64,000 bases of DNA from Lama guanicoe (Eukaryota), in the NCBI GenBank assembly GCA_013239625.1, contig MU053561.1:3178283-3242282 (forward strand), written 5' to 3'. The notes under the pieces were generated by a model. The model saw only the letters and a program-made list of their open reading frames with translations, searched no databases and was not told where the DNA came from. A program made the translations under genes and the position numbers. Numbering within the stretch: the first letter of the stretch is position 1; each line of letters opens with the position of its first letter. Shown piece after piece: positions 25,790-37,925 of this stretch.

Positions 25790-26200
25790 ACTAGGTTTTA
25801 TCCGGTCACTGTCGCAGGTTGGGTGCCCCGGGAACTGATGGCTGAGATGGACATGCATCAGAACTGCATTAGGAAGGGCTCTGGAGATTTCCACCTGTGC
25901 AAGAGGCAGAGGGGAAGCCAGGTGGTGAAGCAATCCCCACGAAATGCTGTTGACCCCCCAGAGCTCCAAAGCAAGGATGCTACTCTGGGGTTGTCCAGAG
26001 TCGAGGTGAAGGGGCCGGGCCTTTGTATCCAACCTGGACCAGTCACTGGATGCAGGCCACCCGAGGCAGGGCTGTCACCCTGAGCGAGGTGACTCCAGTG
26101 GGGGCACTTCCTGTGCAGGGCTGGCAGCGCTGGCTGCCTGGACACAGCACTTCCTGCGGCTGAAGGACTGGCTGGGCCTTCTGTCATGTTACACACCTGG
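25790..26200. mobile_element. Old ERVL-type LTR fragment (LTR16/LTR33-like)
   Basis: gttgggtgccccgggaactgatggctgagatgga...cacctgtgcaagaggcagaggggaagc...gggccgggcctttgtat; family uncertain. Confidence 0.45.
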
Positions 26201-26696
26201 TCCTGGACTACTCTTCTGTTCTTCTCCTGCGATGAGCTAGCTCTTAGCGCTCTCCTCTCCACTCTCATGCTGATTTAAGCACCCTCAAACGGAATCCCTT
26301 CTTAGTACTTTGGCCTGAAAAGTCAACTATCGTTGTCAGTGAGTGTCAATTTGAGCCACTGGGTGGGTAGTTTGCATTCTTAAGGATTTCTAGGCGATTT
26401 TTCAACACTGAAAAGCTTCCGTTAAACATTTCCTTATAGATATCTGCTCAATTAGAGGTTCTGCTGAGCATAAGAAAATCTCCATCTGAGGTGGAGGAGG
26501 GACCTGAGGCTTAAAAAGAAAAGAATCCCCTTTCTTGCAGGAAACAAAGGCCTTGAAGTCCCTATAGGCTGAACTGATAGGGGAAGGGTTAGCACTGGAA
26601 AAGCCCATTTGTAGAGGAGTGAACCAGGAAGACCGAAAAACAGGCTATTTAATGATTTAACCCTGTGCCCCACTGATCATGTAATGTGAACCTTAC

Positions 26697-26783
26697 CCTC
26701 TGCTAAATTTAGTTTGTGTCCTGAGAATCCTTCACACTCTAGTAAAAATAGCTCCACGCTTGAATGGCTGACGTGCTCAATGA
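26697..26783 (-). other. Candidate 87-bp exon, minus strand
   Basis: Acceptor ccctttctcctgcag| and donor AGG|gtaagg; length is a multiple of 3 with an open frame (IEHVSHSSVELFLLECEGFSGHKLNLAE). Confidence 0.3.
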
Positions 26784-28249
26784 CTGCAGGAGAAAGGGCC
26801 CCGGAATGCTGGGTGCGAGGAAGGAGATGGGCCAGGAACCCCTGGGGAAAGTACCTGGTGCCATCTTGCCCATTGAAATGTTCTAGACAATAATGGCAGA
26901 GGGTCACCCAACAGGGGAGACGGCAGGAGGAGGCAGCTGGATGGTGGACTGGCAGTTCCTTAGCAAGGGGCTGCAGCAAAACCCACTACCGCCTCCACAC
27001 ACCATGCTTCTGCCAGCCTCCCCCCACCTCCCTGAGCTGGACCACCATGTCTGGGGGACAAAGCTTCCTGCTTGAGGTAGATTTCTGCAGCTGGAACACT
27101 GCGAAACCCAGTCACCAGGTGGGGAAAAGGTGGGTACCAAAAGGTGTGGGTAATGGAAAAGAACCCCAAACCAGAGGGATACCAGGGCTTGGGGAGGAGC
27201 TCCACTCAAGGGCAGGTCCAAGAAGAAGACACAAGAGGTGGCTTCCTTGCCTGGAGGGGGCCCCCACTATGCCATCACTGGACATGGGCTGATGCCAAAC
27301 AGTGGTCTAGGGCAGGGTGGCCAGCGGAAATCAAGTGTCCAGGATGCAAGAGCCCTGGGTTTTTTGTTTTGCTTTCTTTTTTTGTTTTTTCTTTTTACCT
27401 CCTGCAGCTGTTGAAGTACACATGGAATAAAGAAAAACCAAGCCTGGAGAAAAATATTTGCTTTTGTCACTAGGGTGGTTCCAAGATTCAAAGGCATTGA
27501 TCGTTGTTATTTACGTATTCCAGCTCCATGTCTTGCCTCCTGTGGCACCAGAATTTTCCATATGCTGTGTGTTCAGAGAATGGAAGTGGTGCCTGATGCC
27601 CCTGGGAAGAGCCATGCTGAATTACCTGCACACTCACTGAGGTGTCTTACAAGGGCTGAGTTGGCAGAGAATTGCCTCCTGCAATTACTTCGAAGAGGCA
27701 CAAAGTGCGTCTGACGGAGAGAAGAGCCCCGAGCCAATCTCCTTCTGCTTTCACTGTATCTCCTAAAAAGATTCCCCTGATGGCTTAACACTGAGCAGCA
27801 GAAAACCTATACAAACTGGAAGGTCCAGGGACGCTGCCCAACCTGAGCCAAGTAATGCAAATCATTGAGTGGACAGACTGCATCCTGGGGGATTAAGTGT
27901 GCCCAGCCATTGATTTACATTGATATTTATTTCAGGAAAAAAAAAAAAAAGGAGCAAGCGGAAGGCAGAGAAGACTTCACATATACTGAGTTACCCTCGT
28001 TCCTGTTCTCCTTTGCTGGTTGCCTTGGGGCTACTTCTTCGCTATTGCCATTTAAATGGAGAAAGGAGAGTCAAATTTACTGAGAAACTAGTAAGTTTTA
28101 TATACTCATCTAATGCTTATAGCTACTCAGTGGGATAGGATTTTTCTTTCTTTCTTTCTTTTTAAATATATGAGGGAAACTCAAGAGAAAATAGGTATGT
28201 GTGTCAGGATCAGGGGTTTTTAGCCCAGCTCTGTCTGACAGCAAGACTT

Positions 28250-28430
28250 TGCTCCCCAGTGGGTCTCAGACCCGTCTACACACACACACACCCCACCAAA
28301 GGAGCCTTGGGGAAATGCCGGTGCCTGGATCCCAGGCCAGATCAAACAGATCAGAATCTCTGGAGGTGTAGGCCAGTGCTGGTACTTTGAAATGTCTCTC
28401 TGAGTGATGCTCGTGCATCTGGGGTTAAGA
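28250..28430. mobile_element. MER5-like hAT-Charlie fragment
   Basis: cagtgggtctcaga...atcagaatctctggaggtgtaggcc...gtgatgct...ggttaagaacc; a similar piece lies at about 25570-25720. Confidence 0.6.
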
Positions 28431-29304
28431 ACCCCCGGGCTATACCACACTGCCTCCTTCCCGTTACAGTCCATCCCCTGTGTTCTGTCCTGCCTTCCAT
28501 TCTCTTCGACTTTTCAGAAGTACCCTGATCCAGCTGGTCCACAGAGGCCCAGGAGATGAGGGAGATATCTGAAAGTCTAAGGATCATTCCTTTTATAACA
28601 AATGTGTACAGGATATAAACCCGCGCGGGTTTTCCCTGTTAGCTGCAGATAATGCGTCTGATGAATGCTATCTGAATTGCACCGGAAGCAAAACAGCAGA
28701 CCTGAGAGATGTCTACCGCCTGCCTTGCTGTTATTACATGAGAGCACTGCATTTAGAGCCACGAACACGGAGGTTCTCGTTTCTGTCTGCCTGCTAGCTA
28801 GCCTGATGATACGAAAAATGTTTTCTTATCCACCTGGACTTCAGTTTCCTTACTGGTAGGAAGAACGTGGTTGTAGGATCTGATAACATCTGACATTCCT
28901 TCTGTTATCTACCAGGTAGATCCTGTCACTGCAACTTTTTCAAAACCTTGAGATATCCAGCTATAAAATGGCTGTGTCATTTAATCAGTGAGTTTATCTG
29001 AAATTTGTGCTTATCTCTTCATCAACAAAAATTATGAAAACACAGCAGGCTGGTTTCTTCTTAAAAAAAAAAATTAGGTCACGCTCTCTCTTCCCCACCA
29101 CCCTTTTAAGAACAATCTGAGTCAATTTAGAGAATCTAATGCCGATGCTTAGACATTAATTGTAGGTTTCTTCAGTGACATGTGTGACCTTGCCTTTAAA
29201 TTATTCAGGAGTAGTAATTACAGAAACTAAAATGGGTTGTGGACACAAGATGCTTGGAAGTAAGGCAACCCTTTTCTCTTTTTCCCAAATCAGAATGCAT
29301 TCAT

Positions 29305-29403
29305 GTAGTAACTAATGAAAAGGAATATACGTATGGCTGGAATGTTACACTGTACACCAGAGACCGACGCAACATTGTAAACTGACTAGACTTCAATTAA
29401 AAA
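29305..29403 (+). mobile_element. About 100-bp 5'-truncated camelid L1 tail
   Basis: ctgtacaccagag...cattgtaaactgactagacttcaattaaaaa matches the L1 tail at 11870-11922; TSD agaatgcattcat (29292-29304) / agaacgcattcat (29404-29416). Confidence 0.85.
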
Positions 29404-31964
29404 AGAACGCATTCATTAGTTTTTGATGTAAGTATTAAGGACACACTCATTCTAGAGAAGATTAATTTAGCTCAGCGGTGTAATTATGTAATTTAGGCGT
29501 TATTCATACGTGCTGACAATGAATATTCGAGGAAGTCCAAGGAGGCTGTTACTGGTTTGGGGCTTGAACAGTGTAGCGACGCGATACCACCCATAGCCCC
29601 TGGTGTGGGAGCTGCCAGCTTACTGAAGGGAAGGTTCTCAGAGGCCTTCCAAGGCACCGTGGAGCCGGAGGCCTGCTCTGACAATTCAGCTAAAATGTGC
29701 GAGGCTCTGCTGCAAACTGAGCCCCTCTGCGCACTGAGCCTGATCATTCCAGGGAATCCAAGACGATGCGTAGTGATATTGGTCAATTCAGTGTCTCCCA
29801 ACTGAGTGCGGAGGAGTGTGGGGGTCCTGGGAGATGGCAAGGAGGAGGTCTCAGAAGGGGCCAGAGGAGGGGAGCAAGCAAGGGAACCAGAATTGCCGGC
29901 CCCTGATGCGGTCTGAGCCGCTGGGCTTGGATATGGCGGCCAGGGTAGGAGTTCTTTGGGGAAATATCCTGTGCATGCAAATAAACAAAACAAACCATTC
30001 CAATCCCACCAAAGTGAATGTCTTACCTAATTCAGCTAATCAGGATCGAATCGGCATCTGGTTCTGGGGAGAGCAGCTCCTGTCCGCCTCCATCGCAGGT
30101 AATACAGGGACTTGTCAGAGCACCTCTCCTCTGGGCAGACAGATTTACTTGACAAAGTAACACGGCAAAGCAGCCTTTCTTGCTTGAATTTCAGCCTTTG
30201 ATGGCAAACAGGTGGTCGTGCCCACGCGGGGAGCTTCAGAGGGAAGTTCAGAAATGAACGTGGGGCCTGGACTCCCCTTAAGCCCCCACGCGCCCACCCC
30301 TGCTCTCCCCTCTGGAGCCAGGTCCTTTGTGACCTTCCTCTATCTTCTCTTTTGTTATGGGACGCTGCCTTGGGACATGGTCTCTTTAGACCCAGAGCTA
30401 AAGCCTTAACATTCCTGGGAGTCATCACAAACTGGAACAAAGCCCTCCAGAAAGTTCACAGGTGCAGCCTGTGAGAAGGGTATGTTCCAGCCCAAGGTAC
30501 TTAAGAGCCCGAATGCCTCGGCTCCTGGCCGGCGCAGGTGTTTACTGAATGCAGGACAGGAGGGTTCCGTCTCAAGGGAGGCTTTTTGCCCCATTACAGC
30601 TCTCTTTTAACAGTCTGCTGGTTTTAGATTTGCTTCTCCCCAGCCCAGCTGTAATAAAGATAGGCCTACAGAGATCAGATTTCCATCCGTACACTGTGTT
30701 TTCGTTCCTCCCGACTAAACATTTCCTGTGCTTTCCTAGCCTGTGACAATCCTATCAAAGCCTCGGTCCCCTTCCCGAACTTCCACACCTCTGGCCCAAC
30801 ACTGTGAAATCAGGATGGAGTTCCATTCTTTCGGGAGTGAGGCCACAGGTCCCCTTCCTCCAAGAAAACATCTTTGAGGATGACGAGGCTCCTTAATTAT
30901 TGGAGGAGAGCTGGGCCCGCATGCAGGTGTGCCTCATTTTTTTGCATAAAGTATTCCCTAAGATGAGAGAGCATGAACTCCTACTTAAAGTCACTCTTAA
31001 GCAGAGGAAAGAGGAAAAGATACTTGAAATTGCCCCGATTTATCTGATAGGTTTGGATTTTTGAAAGCAGTGAATTTTTTTAAGGGGAGCTGAGGATACA
31101 CACGGATACCTTTGAACTGTGGTCTGACTGTAGACCTCCTACATAAGAGAGCCTTTCCTTCTGCCCGAGAACCTTCCCAGCTGGTCCTCCGCTGTTTGTT
31201 CTTACGCAGAGAGAGCCCAGGCTCCCTTCCAGCCCACTTCCCTAACCTTCCTCCTCCCTGGGCTGGCGGGGCGGGCTTCTGTGTTTGTTCCCTGTGGGTC
31301 AGACTGTTCAGAAGCCTGTGGCAGGAAAGGCGAGTACCCAGGGCTGGGCTGATGCGGGATCCTGCTGGTTTGTGGTGGTTTGACCAACCCTGGCAGGAGA
31401 GCTCTGGCTGCATGAAATAGGGTTCATGTGGGTCTTGTTTATCTTAAGGAAGAGGAAAGGAAATATTTATTTTTGTGACGACTCAGTTCACAATGTCTGT
31501 CTCCCAGCAGGTGATGTCTGATTTTTGACAAATCCAGGGATCTCACTCACTGGGGAAGAGACCCATCTCTAGAGGATGACCAATTGCGACAGCTGTTCCC
31601 GGACTCGCTACTCTAGGGACTGTGGCACCTGGATAACGAGGAGCGGGCAGTGCTGGTGACGATCACGCTCACCTGCTGTTATTATCAGCCCGTGTCTTCC
31701 CTTCTGACTCCATGCATGGTCCCTAGGGACTGTGGTGGTGATGTTTCCTTGCATTGCTTCTACTGCTAAATGTTGTATTGGATGTTGTGGGTACCAGTGA
31801 TCAAGGCTGACCTCAGTGTCCATTTAAACCAGAGTTTGCTTGTATACAGATAATATAAGACTAGGAAACAGAGGTTCTGCTGACTGGCGTTAACGTTGAC
31901 TTAAGCTCCATTAGAGATTGCTCGTAAACAGGGCTGTTCTCCTGAATTCAGTCCTCAGGTCTTG

Positions 31965-32118
31965 CCCCGAGAATGTATCACCTTTGTTTTTTTCAGCCAC
32001 CCACATCTGCTGCTGGGCTAGACCACGTCCCACTCCCTAACTTGAGACTGTAGGCGGGCATGGCTGGCGTTCAGGGTCATAGTTCATCAGTACTTACTTT
32101 TGGTTAGGAGTCTCTTGA
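31965..32118 (+). repeat. Copy 1 of a 154-bp dispersed direct duplication
   Basis: Aligns without gaps to 33958-34111 with 3 mismatches. Confidence 0.95.
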
Positions 32119-32119
32119 G

Positions 32120-32704
32120 TGCTACACACTCCCTGAGCTATCTCATCCATTCCTGTGGCTCTAATTTCCACCTAAGAGCAGAGGTCTTCTAAATCTATAT
32201 TTCAAGATTTCTTTGAAATATCTAGATTCACGTATCTCACTATCCCTTAGTGTGCCCATGTGGGTGTCTTATAGTTACCTTAAATTTAACATCCAAAATG
32301 TAGCTCGTGGTCTTCTCCCAGCCGGCTCTTTCTTCTGTAGTACTTCCAGTAGGTTGCATCACCATCACCTACTTATAAACTCAAGAGAGAAACTTAGCCA
32401 TCAGCCCCGACCTGTTCCCACTCCTCCCCTTTGCAGTCCCTACTTCACGTCACTGCCTGCTATAAACAACCTCAATGGTTTTGTATCTCCTTCAGAAGAG
32501 AGTTGAAACTCTTAAGAATAGCAGAGGATGCCCTTGGTCCCTGTATATGAACTTGCTTTAGCCAAATGTTACTTCTGGCAGCTTTCTGAGTTAGCTATGG
32601 GTTTTTTCATGCTCCCCCGCCTTTGCACACTATTTTTTATGCCAGAAACATCCCTCACTCCCTTCTTCCCTGGCTAATTTCTCTTGTTTCTTCAAGACTG
32701 CTCT
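32120..32704 (+). mobile_element. L2 fragments
   Basis: ctacacactccctgagctatctcatccattcctgtggct, taccttaaatttaacatccaaaat, gcctttgcacac. Confidence 0.6.
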
Positions 32705-32705
32705 A

Positions 32706-32829
32706 GTGAGGTGAGGTATAGCTCAGTGGTAAAGCATGTGCTTGGCATGCACAAGGTCCTGGGTTCAATCCCCAGTGCCTCTGTTGGGGAAATAAATTAA
32801 TTAATTAAAATTAAAATTAAAAAAAAGAA
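32706..32829 (+). mobile_element. tRNA-Ala-derived camelid SINE (vic-1-like)
   Basis: ggtatagctcagtggtaaagcatgtgcttggcatgcacaaggtcctgggttcaatccccagtgcctc plus an A-rich tail. Confidence 0.85.
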
Positions 32830-32834
32830 AATAG

Positions 32835-33200
32835 TAAACTATAGGGGTTGGGGATTAACAGACACACATTATTACATATAAAGTAGATAAACAACAAGGA
32901 CCTACTGTATAGCACAGGGAACTATATTCAATTTCTTATAATAAGTCATAATGGAAAAGAATCTGAAAATATATGTGTATATATGTATGTATGTAGATGT
33001 ATAACTGAATCACTTTGCTGTATACCTGAAACTAACATTGTGAATCAACTACATGTCAATTAAAAAAAAAGAAAAAGGAAAATAGGAAAAAAAAAAGAGA
33101 CTGCTTGTCATTCTAAGTGAAGTAAGCCAGAAAGAGAAAGAAAAATACCATATGATATCACTTATATGTGAAATCTTAAAAAAAAGACACAAAGGAACTA
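32835..33200 (+). mobile_element. Two L1 3'UTR pieces (32835-33097 with poly(A); 33105-33200) in permuted order
   Basis: caacaaggacctactgtatagcacagggaactatattcaa and gtcattctaagtgaagtaagccagaaagagaaagaaaaataccatatg match the L1s at 11520-11920 and 42170-42550. Confidence 0.85.
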
Positions 33201-33957
33201 CTTATTATTTATAACTTAGATTATTGATTTCTTAAATATGTGTAAGCACATTTAAGTGTCCTTTATGATTGGGTGGTGGGGACAAAAAAACACTGCTCTG
33301 GCATCATTTCTGTAAGTCCTTCTCTCCACAGCAATGCCCCAGCATGGGAATGAATAGTTACTAAATTTCTGTTAGGGGTTTAGTATCTTGAGAATATTTA
33401 CCTATCTTGTCTTTTTCTAATCCTTTCAGTAGTCCTGTAAAGATGATATTATGGCTCTGGTTAAGTAATAAACTAATACTGGGCTCATAGAAACAAAGAA
33501 ACCGGTGGGGGGGGCAATTGAGAAGTGCCAATTCTCAGGCTCCACCCTTGGCCTATTGATCAGGCTCTCTGGAGGTGGGGCTCAGCAGCCTGTGTGTTAA
33601 TGGATTCTTCAGATAATTCTGATACACACCCACACTTGGGAAGCATGGCAGAGCTTGAAGAAATGGCAGGGCCCATCAAGAGAGCAATTCCCGAGGGGCT
33701 GGCTCCTTTCTCCCAAGTGCTTGAAAATTAAGATAATGTCACTAAGAGTTAAAATACTATTTTATGATGGAATTAACTGGGAAATGAATTAGAATACAGG
33801 CTTATACAGGTACATGCAAGGTATAATTAAACACAGCGCTGAGTTTCGGGAAAATCCTCCTTAAGACCATGGCTGAAGACTAAATATGATCTTACTTGGC
33901 AAAAATTTGGTCTTTGTAAAGAGTCCCCTAGAAGTAGAGTGAATTGGGGATAGATTA

Positions 33958-34111
33958 CCCCGAGAATGTATCACCTTTTTTTTTTTCAGCCACCCACATC
34001 TGCTGCTGGGCTAGACCACGTCCCACTCCCTAACTTGAGATTGTAGGCGGGCATGGCTGGTGTTCAGGGTCATAGTTCATCAGTACTTACTTTTGGTTAG
34101 GAGTCTCTTGA
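33958..34111 (+). repeat. Copy 2 of a 154-bp dispersed direct duplication
   Basis: Aligns without gaps to 31965-32118 with 3 mismatches. Confidence 0.95.
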
Positions 34112-34945
34112 AGTTGAAAGTCTCTCAGCCCCAAGGCATGCGTGCTTCTCTAAGGGTGACACTTCAGGCCAATAAGAGAGATTTTGAGAACAGAAATTCT
34201 CAGCTTAAAAAGATGACTGCCAAATGGATCAGCTTATAGAGCTGACTCTGGTTGTGCCCAGGAAGTGACCCAGAGTATATTCCAGACTATTTATGAGAAG
34301 TCTTTAACTCCTATCACTGTGGCTAAAATAATAGTAATAATAATAATAACAATAACAATAACAAATTGTCATCTTTTAAGTATTACTTTATAGATAGGGA
34401 TACTGACATTTAGAGAACTAAAGTAATTTATCCCAGCTTGTATTCTGGGTCAATGTAGGGGTCTTTGCACAGTATACAGAATAAAATAGGATGGCAAAAA
34501 AACTTTCCCCCCACTAACCTCTAACAATTAGAGTCAGAGTCATATTAGACTTTGGCATCTCCTTTAGTCATGAATGTAAGTCACAACCCGCTGGAGTGAT
34601 AGCAGTACATGTACTATGTCAGTAACAGGAATTTCAGATCATTTCTTATCATGTTACAGTTGCGAATATCTCAAATACCTCCCATGCTCATCATTATGTC
34701 AAAATGTTGGCACTGACTGAACTTGCCTCTAGACCTTATTATTTAATGTACTAGTAAAGAGGTGAAAATATTACTGCAATGAATTAATTTTTAAATATCC
34801 TGATAGCTTTTAACACAATTTCAATTATAGTTCAGTAAAAATGTTTCCTCTCTAATCTTATATATTTTATTTCATGCATTAGAAAACTTCATAGCTGGAA
34901 ACAGCCCGTAGGCTTCAACAGATACTAAAAGGATTCATGATTTTT

Positions 34946-35122
34946 AAAGAAAGAAAGAGAGAGGGAAAAAGAAAAAGAAAGAAAAAGAAGGAAGGAAAGG
35001 AGAAAGAAAGAGAAGAAGAAAGAAAGGAAAGAGAGAGAAAGAAAGAAAACGAAAGAAAGAACAAAGAAAGGAAGAATAGGAAGGAAGGACGGAAAGAAAG
35101 AAAGAGAAAAGGAGAAAGTAAG
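34946..35122 (+). repeat. Purine-rich (GAAA/GGAA)n low-complexity tract
   Basis: About 175 bp almost entirely A/G. Confidence 0.95.
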
Positions 35123-35844
35123 GAGGCGCTCTCTGTGGGTGCTGGAGCTCTGGCTCATTCTAACACCCATTTTCCTTTGGTGCTTCCCCCATCCTGGTCC
35201 ATTTTGGTCCAAGGCTAGCAGTAAACTGATGTAAATCTCTGGCAACACTCAGAGACAGAGCCAACACAGAACTAGGTAGGCAGGCCATCAGACACAAAGG
35301 GAAGCAGTTGGAAAGAGTGACTGCGCCAGTTTTAGTCCAATTCTGGGTGAATGACGCAGCTACATCCAAAGTGCTTTGGTGGCTTGAGAATAAATCTACG
35401 AGCTCCTTTTCTTATGATCTCTGATAGAAGGAACTGCACAATTATCAGCAGCATTTGTAATACTTACTGAGTGCCAATATTAGGTTGGTTTCCATCCTGA
35501 TGGCTAAAGAGAAATGCAGTAAATGTTTCTGTAGCACCGCAAAGCAAAGACACTTTGATAGGTAGTGGGAATGAAGGAGAAAAAAAGATGAAGTTTCCAC
35601 TTCAGGTGGACACACTTCAATAGGGCAAAAGACAGGCCAAGGGAAACTGTAACTTGGGATAAACCGAAGTGCCCGTGGAAGTTAGTGATGGGAGAGGCTC
35701 ATTCTGACAGCATGGGATGGGAAAGCCGAAGGAAGGGAAGGGGCTGGCTTGGTGGGTTTGGAGGGTGGCAGGGGCCTCTAGGCTATATAGGAAAAGGCAG
35801 AATGTTTTAAAAGAACCACAGTTCAGTATATAAATGTCAAACTC

Positions 35845-36540
35845 TTTGCAGTGGCTTCCAAGTCCCTCTGCAGGCTGGAGCGCCATGACTCTCCCACTTC
35901 TCCTCCCACTTTCTCCCCTTTGTTCACCTGAGGCCAGCTGCACTGGCCTCCCTGCTGTTCCTTGCACAGGCCCCCAGGCCTGCTCCTGCCTCAGTGCCTT
36001 TGCACCTGCCATTCCTTCTGCCTAAAACACTCTCCCCCTGGATATCCTGGAGGCCTTCTCCCTCACCTTTATGTCTGTGAGCAGATGTCACCTTTGGAGT
36101 AAGGCTTTTTTAAGCACCCTATTTAAAATTGTAACCCACCCCTCTCCCTACCGTAGCCTACCACCCCATTTCTGGCTTAAGTTTTCTCTAAAACACTGCT
36201 TATCACTGACCTACCATATCAGTGGTTCCTAAAGGAGAGAACGAACCAGAATCACCTGGAGAACTTGTTGAAACTTTACAATTGGCCTTGGACTCAGGAG
36301 ATCTGGGGTGGGGCCCGAGAACGAGCATTTTAACAAGTTCCTAGTGATACTGATGTTGCTGGTCTGGGACCCACTTTGAGAACCAAAGCATTATAACTTT
36401 TACTAATTTATTGCCTGTCTTTTTCCACTAGAATGTAAGCTCTTTGTGGCAGAGATTTTTATCTGTTTCATTCCTTGTTATAAATCTTGAGCTGGAACAG
36501 TGGCCAGAACACCCGGTCACACCTGTGGAGCAGACGAGTG
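35845..36540 (+). mobile_element. L2 3' end interrupted by MER5A (about 36219-36386)
   Basis: cctgcctcagtgcctttgcacctgccattccttctgcct, ccactagaatgtaagctc; MER5A cagtggttcct...cagaatcacctggagaacttgtt...cactttgagaacca. Confidence 0.85.
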
Positions 36541-36904
36541 TCTGTGGCTTAAGTGTAGGGTGCGTAGGGGTATTGGGAGCTGTGCAGTAGGAGTAAGTTT
36601 GAAAAAGAAAGCTTGGGCCATATTTTTGATAAATTGTCATAATAATATGTTAATATTATGAATGGTGTTATGAATATGCTATTCAAATATTATGAATATA
36701 ACATTCAAAACCAACTACCATGTATTGTTTCCACAGTCCCAGGCCCTTTAACAATGGGGTTCGGAGGGACCATGTGACTTTGATTCGCCTGAGATCACAC
36801 AGTATATGTAGTAAATGGTTTAGTGAGGATTTAACTCAGGTCTGTCTGACTCCAAAAGGGTGGTCTTAAATACGATGCTGAAAGTCATCTAAAGATTGAC
36901 TCTC

Positions 36905-37150
36905 ACTCTTTGAAATCATTTTAGATCTACAGAAGAGTTGCAGAGATGGTCTGGAGAGTCCCCGTGTAACCTTCCCCAGCTTCCTCTCATGTAAACATCT
37001 TATACAACCGTGCTACATTTTTCAAAACTAGGAAATTAAAGCTGAGGCAGTACTATTAACCTAACTACAGGTTTTATTTGGATTCTGCCTGTTTTTCCAT
37101 TCTAATGTCCTTCACCCGTTCCAGGATCCAGTCCAAGGTACCACTGTCTA
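36905..37150 (-). mobile_element. L1MC-like 3' end
   Basis: tttgaaatcattttagatctacagaagagttgca...aacatcttatacaacc...tcaaaactaggaaattaa. Confidence 0.65.
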
Positions 37151-37519
37151 ACAATTTTTAAAGACTCGCCATGGACAAATTTGAATGTGGGCAGGATGCA
37201 GTGCCGAAGATACAAAGATGACCAAAAAGCAGGGCAGCCCTCAAAGAGCACGTCACAGGGAAATAGACGCAGAAGTAAAGGATGTCACCAGGTGGGGCCT
37301 GGCCAGGACCGATGGCAGCTCAGGGAGCTTTAAGGGTCAATGGAAGGCAGACAGGCAGCCTAATCCTGGGGTCTGGAGGGACGTCTCAGGCAGGAGAAAC
37401 AGTGTGGGTGGATACCACAGGACACTGAGAATCAGCAGAGGGAAAGGCCAGAGGGTGATTATGGTTGAAGGGAAGAAAGAGGCGAGACTGATCGGGAACC
37501 CCCGGAACAGAGACCTTAC

Positions 37520-37576
37520 CTGTTGGCGCTGGAGACGGATGCCAGCCTAGTCAGGGATAGGTTTAACTGGAATCTT
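37520..37576 (-). other. Candidate 57-bp exon, minus strand
   Basis: Acceptor tttgacctacacgctcttgcag| and strong donor CAG|gtaagg. Confidence 0.3.
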
Positions 37577-37664
37577 CTGCAAGAGCGTGTAGGTCAAATG
37601 GTTACCCTCTGATAATTAACCTAATTGTTTATACAAATGCCCCGAGTGTCGTTTTGTTATAATT

Positions 37665-37925
37665 GGGAGGCAGTATAACGTAGTGCTTAACAGCATGGGC
37701 TCTGGAAGGAAACTAACTGGGTTGGAATCCCACCTGACTCTGCCACTTTCTACCTGTGTAACTTAGAAAGTTTCTTACTGTTCTGTTCCTGTTTTTCCGC
37801 TCTGTAAAATGGGGATAATACTAGTATTCATCTCATAGTGTTTGGAGGATTAAATGAAATGACCCTAAGGCACTTAGCATAGTGCCTGTGTGCAGTAAAT
37901 ACACAATGAACGCCAGCTGTGATTA
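37665..37925 (+). mobile_element. MIR SINE
   Basis: gaggcagtataacgtagtgcttaacagcatgggctctgga...ctgtaaaatggggataata; further MIR pieces at about 38030-38200 and 38490-38660. Confidence 0.8.

Noticed and set aside
29493..29993. Longest ORF (166 aa, minus strand)
   Set aside because: Non-ATG start, Pro/Ser-rich, no recognisable family; expected by chance in GC-rich DNA
32706..32782. tRNA-Ala-like genes (also at 7045, 9859, 39997-40073, 48180, 48500)
   Set aside because: They have A-rich tails, TSDs in several copies and scattered mutations, so they are SINEs rather than functional tRNA genes
34925..35248. Lys/Arg/Glu-rich and Phe/Leu/Ser-rich ORFs
   Set aside because: They are translations of the GA microsatellite
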